This document shows, piece after piece, positions 54,407-64,000 of a DNA stretch of 64,000 nt. Position numbers and translations under genes: made by a program. The stretch is from the human T2T-CHM13v2.0 reference genome, Homo sapiens: the NCBI RefSeq assembly GCF_009914755.1, contig NC_060947.1, one strand, 5' to 3'. Under the pieces are notes generated by a model that had not been told where the DNA came from, made no database searches, and was given only the letters and a program-made list of their open reading frames with translations. How positions within the stretch are numbered: position 1 is the first letter of the stretch; every line of letters begins with the position of its first letter.

Positions 54407-54451
54407 AGCCTCAGTAGGTGTCTTCTTCAGTTTAGTCCTGTCTACTTTCAT
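54407..54451 (-). CDS. HUWE1: HUWE1 coding exon 1, MKVDRTKLKKTPTEA (whole exon 54407-54475 includes 24 nt 5'UTR)
   Basis: ATG at 54451-54449; acceptor ttttttcag above 54475; donor gtaagt. Confidence 0.96.
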
Positions 54452-56364
54452 GATTTCAATTTTCAGCTTTACGATCTGAAAAAAGAAAATCCCAAAAGAA
54501 GTGAGAACTTAAAGCTACAATCTTGAGCTCTACAAGCTTGGACACAGACAATACAGAATGAAGAGCAATGCAAAATGCTTAAAGTAAAAACACTGGAGTT
54601 ATGATGCTATGCCAACTCAGAGGCACAGCTATCAGGTAGAGAGAGGTAAAGAATCTCTCCAGATCAAACTGGCCCACATCCCTATGTTGCACAAGACTGA
54701 AACCAAATCAGGTCAAAATGAAAATTTTTTCTCTTTTACAAGCATCTCAAACTCTTAATTGAAAATAAGAGTGTACAATGTTTGCAACACATCTCAGGAT
54801 GGAAAAATTCACCATAGCCCTGCAGTTTCCTGATAACTTCCATTTCTAGGAATTAATCCAAAGAAAGTCGTAAAGATGTACACAAATATTTAACCACAAG
54901 AATCCATACTGCATGACCATGTATAATAGTAAAAGACTGAAAAAGACCTACTGTTCCATCACAAGGCTAAAAAAAAGATCAAATGTCCAAAATACGACTG
55001 GTTTAAAATGGAATGTCACACAACTGTTAAAAATATTGCAAACTATGTAATACACAAAGATGTTCATGATGAAATAAAAAGATTACAACACAGAACATAC
55101 GGTATAAAACTTATGTCTAAAGAAAACAGCTTAGAGGTGCTAGGCATCAGAATATTAATTCATTGTTAACCAAAAGGATTAAGTATGACTGTTTTACCTA
55201 TGCACCTTTTACTGTTCCTACCAATAAAAATGTATTAGTTGTATCATAAGAGCAAAGGCAAAACAACACTTTTTTCAACTAGAAAATGAAGTATAAGGAT
55301 CACAACAGAAATATTCTGAGCACAGAAAACAATCATTTTATTAAGCCATGTAATTTGGAAGGCTCAAAAGCAGACAACAGCCTGATCAGATCCACTGTAT
55401 AATCCCTAGATCTTTGATGGCAGACAAGTCCTCCAAAGCACAAGAAGAAATAAGTTTCTCCTGTTAGCAACTAAGACACATGCACAGAGGTAGAAGTGGG
55501 TTGCAGGCTCTTTACACACAAAAGATTCTGCTATTAACAATGTATTTAACTCAGTGGCAGTCACTAGAAATCAATGTTCCTCCCCCGAGAAGGCTGCCAT
55601 AATATAAAGCTGACCAATTACAGTATAAATTTTAGGCAGCTTTTTGCCTAGATTTAGTCCAATATACTCAGTACTATGGAAATAGCGTGTATTTGCCTGT
55701 ACGACCTGTATCCATTCAATCAGCAGGCATTCAAGGAAGAGTTTGTGAAAAATTCAGAATACGTTCTAAAACATTTCTGCAGAGACCATTCCTTAAGAAG
55801 AAAAAATGTTTTCTATGGTTGATATTTAGGGTGTGTAATTCCAGATTACTTTTTAAAAAGTTATCTCAGTATCAATACAAAATGAACAAAATGCCTGATG
55901 CCAACAACCTCAAAATATCTCAAATGAAGCCAACAGGATTCTGGCAACAATCCTGTCCATGTGGTGGAAACTATAAGCTGAGCTATTTGTACGCTTACTC
56001 TCAAGGCTTTTTTCCTCCCCTTTTCTCATAAACGTCTTACGCAAGTGGCTGTCACACTATTGTCGCTTCAGTCATTTGCAGGGAGGCTATTAAACTGCCC
56101 CTGCTGCAAGACGTAGCAGCCAGCCTCAATACAACTCAAATAACTGATGCTTTCCCTCTAAGATTAGGAACAAGGCAAAGATGTCTGTTATCATGACTTT
56201 TATTCAACATACTGCTGAAAGTTCTAGCCAATATAATACAGTAAGAAAAAGAAATAACAGGCACACAGATAAGAAAAGAAAAAATAAAAATGGTCCCTAT
56301 TTGCAGATGTCAAAGGATCATCCACATAGAAAACCCAAGAAATCTATTTTAAAAGCCTCCCAGA

Positions 56365-56945
<581 letters not shown>

Positions 56946-57635
56946 CTAGTAAAGATGTCAAATCTCCTAAAATTGTTATATAGGTTTAATATAATTCCTA
57001 TTCAAATCCCAGCAAGATGTTTTTTTGTAAATAAGCTGAGATTATTCTAAAGTGTATATGTTGTATAAGAACAACAATGGCTGAAACAATTTTGGAAAAA
57101 AATAAAAGAGGGAGGAATTGAATTACCCTACCCACTTTTAAGACTTACTATATAGCTACAGACATCAAGTAGTACTGATATATATACAAGTATCAATAGA
57201 GCAGAATAGAGAACCCAGAAATAGACTCATACAAATATGCCCAACTGATTTTTGACAAAGGTTAAAAAAAAAAACAATTCAGTCAAGGAAAGATAGTTTT
57301 ATCAACAAATGGTGCCAGAGAAAGCAGACATGCACAGGCAAAAAAGATGAACTTCGACCTAAGCCTCACACTTTATATAAAAAATTAACTCAAAATGAAT
57401 CACTTAAATATAGGACAATAAAATTTACTAGGAGAAAATATTTGCAAACCATATATAGTATCTAAAATACATAAAGAACTCTCAAAATTCAACAGTGAAA
57501 AGTCAAACAATCTCAGTAAACTAGGAATAGAGAACTTCTTCAAATTGATTAAAATATCTACAAAAAAAGCTACAACTAATATCTTAATGGTCAGGAACTA
57601 GGAGCATTCCCCCTTAAATAATCACAAACAAAAAA

Positions 57636-57929
<294 letters not shown>

Positions 57930-58110
57930 CTAAAGCAGTAAAGGAAATAAAAATTATAAAGATTGGGAAGGAAGATACAGAACTGTCTTTTTGTCAGAGA
58001 TGACATGATCATACATGCAGAAAATCTGAAATAAGGAAAAACACCCTGGAGCTAACAAGCAATTGCACCAAGTTTGCAGGATATAAGGTTAATATACAAA
58101 AGTCAATTGC

Positions 58111-58473
<363 letters not shown>

Positions 58474-61321
58474 TTATATTAGCACCCCAAAACTGAAAAA
58501 CTTAGATATAAATCTAACAAAATATGTATAAGGTCTATACAAGGAAGACTATAAAATTCTGATGAAAGAAATCAAAGAACAATTAAATGGAGAGATATTC
58601 CAAGTCCATGGATAGGAAGATTCAATACTGCCAAAATGTTAAGTCATTTCCAACTCCACAGATTCAATGCAACTCCAATTAAAATTTCAACAAGTTATAT
58701 GAATACTGACAAACTGATTCTAAAATTTATATGAAGAGGCAAAAGATCCACGATAGCCAACACAATATCAAAGGAGAAGAACAAAGTCAGAAGACCTACA
58801 TTACCCAAAATCAAGTCTTATCATAAGACAACAGTAAGTAAGAGTACTGTACCGGTAAAAGAATGAACAAATCAATGGAACAGAATTAGGGAGCCCAGAA
58901 GTAGACCCACATAAATATTGTCAACCGATGATCTTTGACAAAGAAGCAAAGTCAATATAATGGACAAAAGATAGTTTTTTCAACAAATGGTGCTGGAACA
59001 ACTCGATACATACATGCGAAAAAAAAAATCTAAACCGAAATTACATGTTTCACAAAAATTAAGTCAAAATGGATCACAGACCTAAATGTAAAATATTCTG
59101 CTCTGTAAAAGACACTGTCAAAAGAATAAGTGGACAAGCCAGACTGACAGAAAATATTTGCAAAAGACATACAAAGGACTGTTACCCAAGATACACAAAG
59201 AACTCTTAAAACTCAACAGTAAGAAAACAAGCTGATTTAAAAATGGGCCAATGGGCCAAAGACCTTAACATACACCTCACCACAGACAGACAGATGGCAA
59301 ATAAACATATGAAAAGATACTCCACATCATACGGCATCATGGAAATGCAAATTAAAACCATGATGATATATCACTACGGCCAAAACCCAGAACACTGACA
59401 ACACCAAATGCTTGTGAGGATGTGGAGCAAGTGGAACATTCATTCATTGCTGGTGGGAATGCAAAATAGTACAGCCACTTTGGAAGTCAGTTCAGCAATT
59501 TCTTACAAAACTACTCTTACCACATGACCCAGCAATCAATACTCCCTGGTATTTACCCAAAGGAGTTGAAAACTTATGTCCACACAAAAACCTGCACATG
59601 GATGTTTATAGTACCTTCATTCACTATTGTCAAAACTTGGAAGAAACCACAATGTCCTTTGGTAGGTGAATGGATAAACTGTGGTACATCCAGACAATGG
59701 AGTATTATTCAGTACTAAAAAGAAACGAGCTATCAAGCCATGAACAAACATGGAGGAAACCTAAATGCATATTAGTAAGTGAAAGAAATCAGTACAAAAA
59801 GGCTACATACTGTATGATTCCAACCACATGACATTCTAGAAAAGAAAAAACTATAGAGACAGTAAAAAGATCAGTGGTTGAGGAGGGTTAGTGGGGAGGG
59901 AAGAATGAAGAGGTGGAGCGCAGAGGATTTTTTGGCCAGTGAAACTACTCTGTATGATACTACAATGGTGGACACATGTTATTATGTGTCTAAACCCCAA
60001 AAGTATACACCATGAGTAAACCCTAATGTTAACTATGGCCTTTGAGTGATAATGATGTATCAATGTAGATTAATCAATTGTAACAAGTGTACCACTCTAG
60101 TGGGAGATGTTGATAACAAGGGAGGCTATGCCTGTGTGGAGGCAGGCAGTATATGGGAAATTTCTGTACCTTCTGCTCGATTTTGCTGGGAATGTAAAAC
60201 TACTCTAAAAATAAAGTCTATTTTAAAAAAACAATCCTCCAAAACAAGAGCACAGAGTAACTTATGCACTGAAATAAGCAAATCACAACCATTTTACTTT
60301 TTTAATGCAGATGAGTCACTGATGAATCTTCAAACAAATAAGCAACTTGCTCTAATGCTGTTTTGACCTAGTGTACTATACTAGTCAAGTGTCTGTAACT
60401 ACAGAAAGACTGGATAATTAATGCAGCCAAGTAATTTACTGGAGAGTATCTGATAGCTCACAGAACTGACAGAAGGCTAGAGCTCCACGTGCAGAAAACT
60501 AAGAGGAACCAAGGAAGCTAGGGAGCCTGGAACTACAGCCAGACCCCCCACGGAAACAGCTTAGCTTGGGGTACTTCTGCTGCCAACACAAGACTCTGGA
60601 TGCCTAGAAACTATGCTGGTGGCATAATTCTAAATCATCTCAGGTTATTTGCATGAGTGGCGCTAGACTCTAAGTCCCAAGTGTAAGCATTTGATGCACC
60701 CAATAAAATAACAGAGCCAATATGAATGCACACACACAAATGTTCCCATAACAAGTGCAGTCCTACCTTGGTGTCTATAATTCTACTGCAAGAAACATTT
60801 GTAGTTTAAAAAACCAAGACATCACTGTCCATGAGACATCAACTTTAAAAATTTAGAAGTTGTTGTGTTCTCATATTTCTAAAACTGGTTTCAACAGTGG
60901 GAGGGGGGAACGTTAGTATACTGAGTGTCCATTACAAGCCAGACAATACTGAGACTGGAGTTCCCCAAAGTGTGTTAGAATGTCTTGCTCTATAAAGGGA
61001 GACAAGAATCCTGTAATTTGGGAAATGTTATAGACAGAATTTCTCTTCCACTAGGGCAGTCACATAGCTAATTGACATTATTAATGGCTCTAAGACATCT
61101 TAGGTAAAGGAGGCTTATTAGCGCACAGAACCATTTTCTCAAGTGGCATCTACTCAAAGTCCAATTGAAGTATTCCAAAGAATACAGTTTGAGACATGCT
61201 ACCTAGGGAATTCATATGATATTTTTTCATACAGTCCTCACCACTCAAGTCAAGTTTTGCCTCTATTTACAGATAGAAAACTGAAGTAAGAGAGAAAAAA
61301 AGTACCTTTCTTGGTCAGTAA

Positions 61322-61688
<367 letters not shown>

Positions 61689-62424
61689 TCACCTTTTTTT
61701 AAAACCAGTTTTATTACTACAAAATATTGGCAGATAAGAATAAAAATTTGTGACAGATTCTTCTAGACTGCTGAATCCTATTTGTTTGAAAAAATTACTC
61801 CAAGAGAGGAAACTAGGGCCCAAGATGAGAAGCTGAGATGCTGTAATTTCACTAATGAAAGGAACAGTAACTGGGGAATGAGTTCTACCTCTTAGAAGTT
61901 AATCAGGTGAAAACCCTATTACATTTAAAAAAAAATCCTTCCATAAAAATAAGTTAGTTTGAAACAAATTCCTAGAAATGGCCTACTGCCTTTGTTGGGT
62001 CAGAACCAGAACTCAGGGCACCAAGCAATCTCTATATATAATAAACATTGCTTCCTAAACTTAGGTTAGAAAGATAGCCAACTTAAAAGAAAACAAGTGA
62101 ATTACTATGAATCACCATCCATATCTATTACCATTACTTCAATACTTTTATCTAATATTTTTTTTCACTTCCTTATTCCCCCAACCTTTCCTTACACCCC
62201 TGAGGTTTGAATCTTGGTTTTGTACAGTTTACCTGCAGAACAAGTGTACACAACTAAAATATCCTGAGGGAAGCCACTCAAAGCGTGACTCATATTCTAT
62301 AGTAATCACCTCCAGTTGATAATATTTAAAAATAATGACTTTCAATACTGAATCAGTTTAAGGGCACAGGACACCTGTAGTTCCCAAATCTGGCTCAAGA
62401 GCAGTTGGATGTAGTGAAAGACTA

Positions 62425-62585
62425 GCCTTACTAATCAAGTGTGGTCCAAGGATCAGCAGCACTGACATCACCTGGGAGTTATTAAAAGTTGCAGAATTTC
62501 AGGCCCCACCTAGATATGAGGAGTCAGAACCCGCATTTTAACAAGATCCTTAGGTGATCCATATAACAAAGTTTGAGAAGCACTA
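62425..62585. mobile_element. MER5A-like element
   Basis: caagtgtggtcc...cagcagcactgacatcacctgggag...aaagtttgagaagcact. Confidence 0.8.
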
Positions 62586-63172
62586 GATCAGAATACAGAC
62601 TCAGAAAACCTGGGCTAGAATCCCTGCTATATCACTTACTCACTGCATAACCGCAGACAAATCCACCTCTCTATGCTTGTTTCCTCAACTGTGTAATTAT
62701 TCTTTCCATTTAGTTCTTGGAACACTCTAATTTCTAAGTTCGCCGCTGGAATGTTTTTGCCACCCCTCCTTTCCCACAACTAGTTCCATTTGAGGAACTG
62801 ACATTTAAACTAAGACCCAGAGAGGCTTTCCATGACAACCCACCTCAAGTTGGTCCCACTGTAATTTTTCTATTATAGCACCCAGTTTATTTCCAATTTC
62901 CTTCATAACAAGTATCAACTGTAATTACTGGTTTGATTTTCTAAGATGTTAAGCTCTCAGTACCTAGCACGGTATCTTCCACATGATAGGTATGCAAATA
63001 TTTGTAGAATGGAGTTCAGGAAAGACGTATGCATTAAGAATAAAATCTGTGATTGTCAGCACACATATATTACTTGAAGCCATGGGTCTGGAGATGACTG
63101 CTTACAAAGAAGGAAAGGAGGAGGCCCGCAACTGAGTTATTTGCTCTAGCATTTAAAGGTAAGGCAAAGAAG

Positions 63173-63300
63173 GGGCCGGGTACAATGGCTCAAGCCTATA
63201 ATCTTAGCACTTTGGGAGGCTGAGGGCAGATTCCTTAAACGAGACCAGCCTGGGCAACATGGTGAAACCCCATCTCTACCAAAAAAAATACAATACAATA
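63173..63300 (+). mobile_element. FLAM/Alu left monomer
   Basis: ggccgggtacaatggctcaagcctataatc. Confidence 0.85.
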
Positions 63301-63530
63301 AAAGTGTAAAGGTAAGGAAAGAAGGAAAACCCAGCAATGGAGAGGCTAGTGAGGAAAGAGCAAAACTAGCTAATTATGCTATCACGAGAGACGAAAGATG
63401 GCAAGAGTGATCAACTGCATCAAATGTCAAAATGAGGTATGTCCACTGAAATTGGTAATAGAGACAATTTGACAAGCAATTGTTTCAGTGGGATGGAGGG
63501 AATGGAAGCCAGACTAGAGTCAGGGAATCA

Positions 63531-63911
<381 letters not shown>

Positions 63912-64000
63912 TTATGGGGTCACTGAAATGTAGAGGAAAAGGTAAATAAAGACACTAGCTTATGTTCTCAAGTGGCTGCAAACTGTCTTGAAAAGACGGA

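Noticed and set aside
55380-56130. Apparently unique sequence upstream of the AUG exon as an alternative promoter or first exon
   Set aside because: No CpG island or convincing core promoter and donor combination; cannot be supported without CAGE or chromatin data.

Overview
This is primate (almost certainly human) genomic DNA covering the 5' coding part of HUWE1, the giant HECT E3 ubiquitin ligase at Xp11.22, on the minus strand. I resolved 26 canonical coding exons with GT-AG boundaries and consistent phases, from the ATG at 54451 down to 478. They total 3163 nt (about aa 1-1054, the N-terminal armadillo-like helical repeat region); the gene continues beyond both window ends. The introns are packed with Alu, L1, L2/MIR, Tigger/hAT MITEs and two decayed ERV relics. 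Main observations: (1) a frame-preserving cassette exon built on an interrupted GGGGCC/GGCCCC repeat, encoding a (Gly-Pro)16 tract, the same dipeptide produced from the C9orf72 repeat; (2) a block of exons starting at the AUG exon, flanked by inverted Alus, that would form a 528-nt circRNA with a stop-free endless ORF; (3) a candidate 96-nt in-frame cassette exon in a largely repeat-free intronic stretch; (4) an ERV relic combining a class III-type integrase with a gamma-type env; (5) an Alu rearranged after insertion by inversion plus duplication. Repeat subfamily names and boundaries are by-eye estimates.
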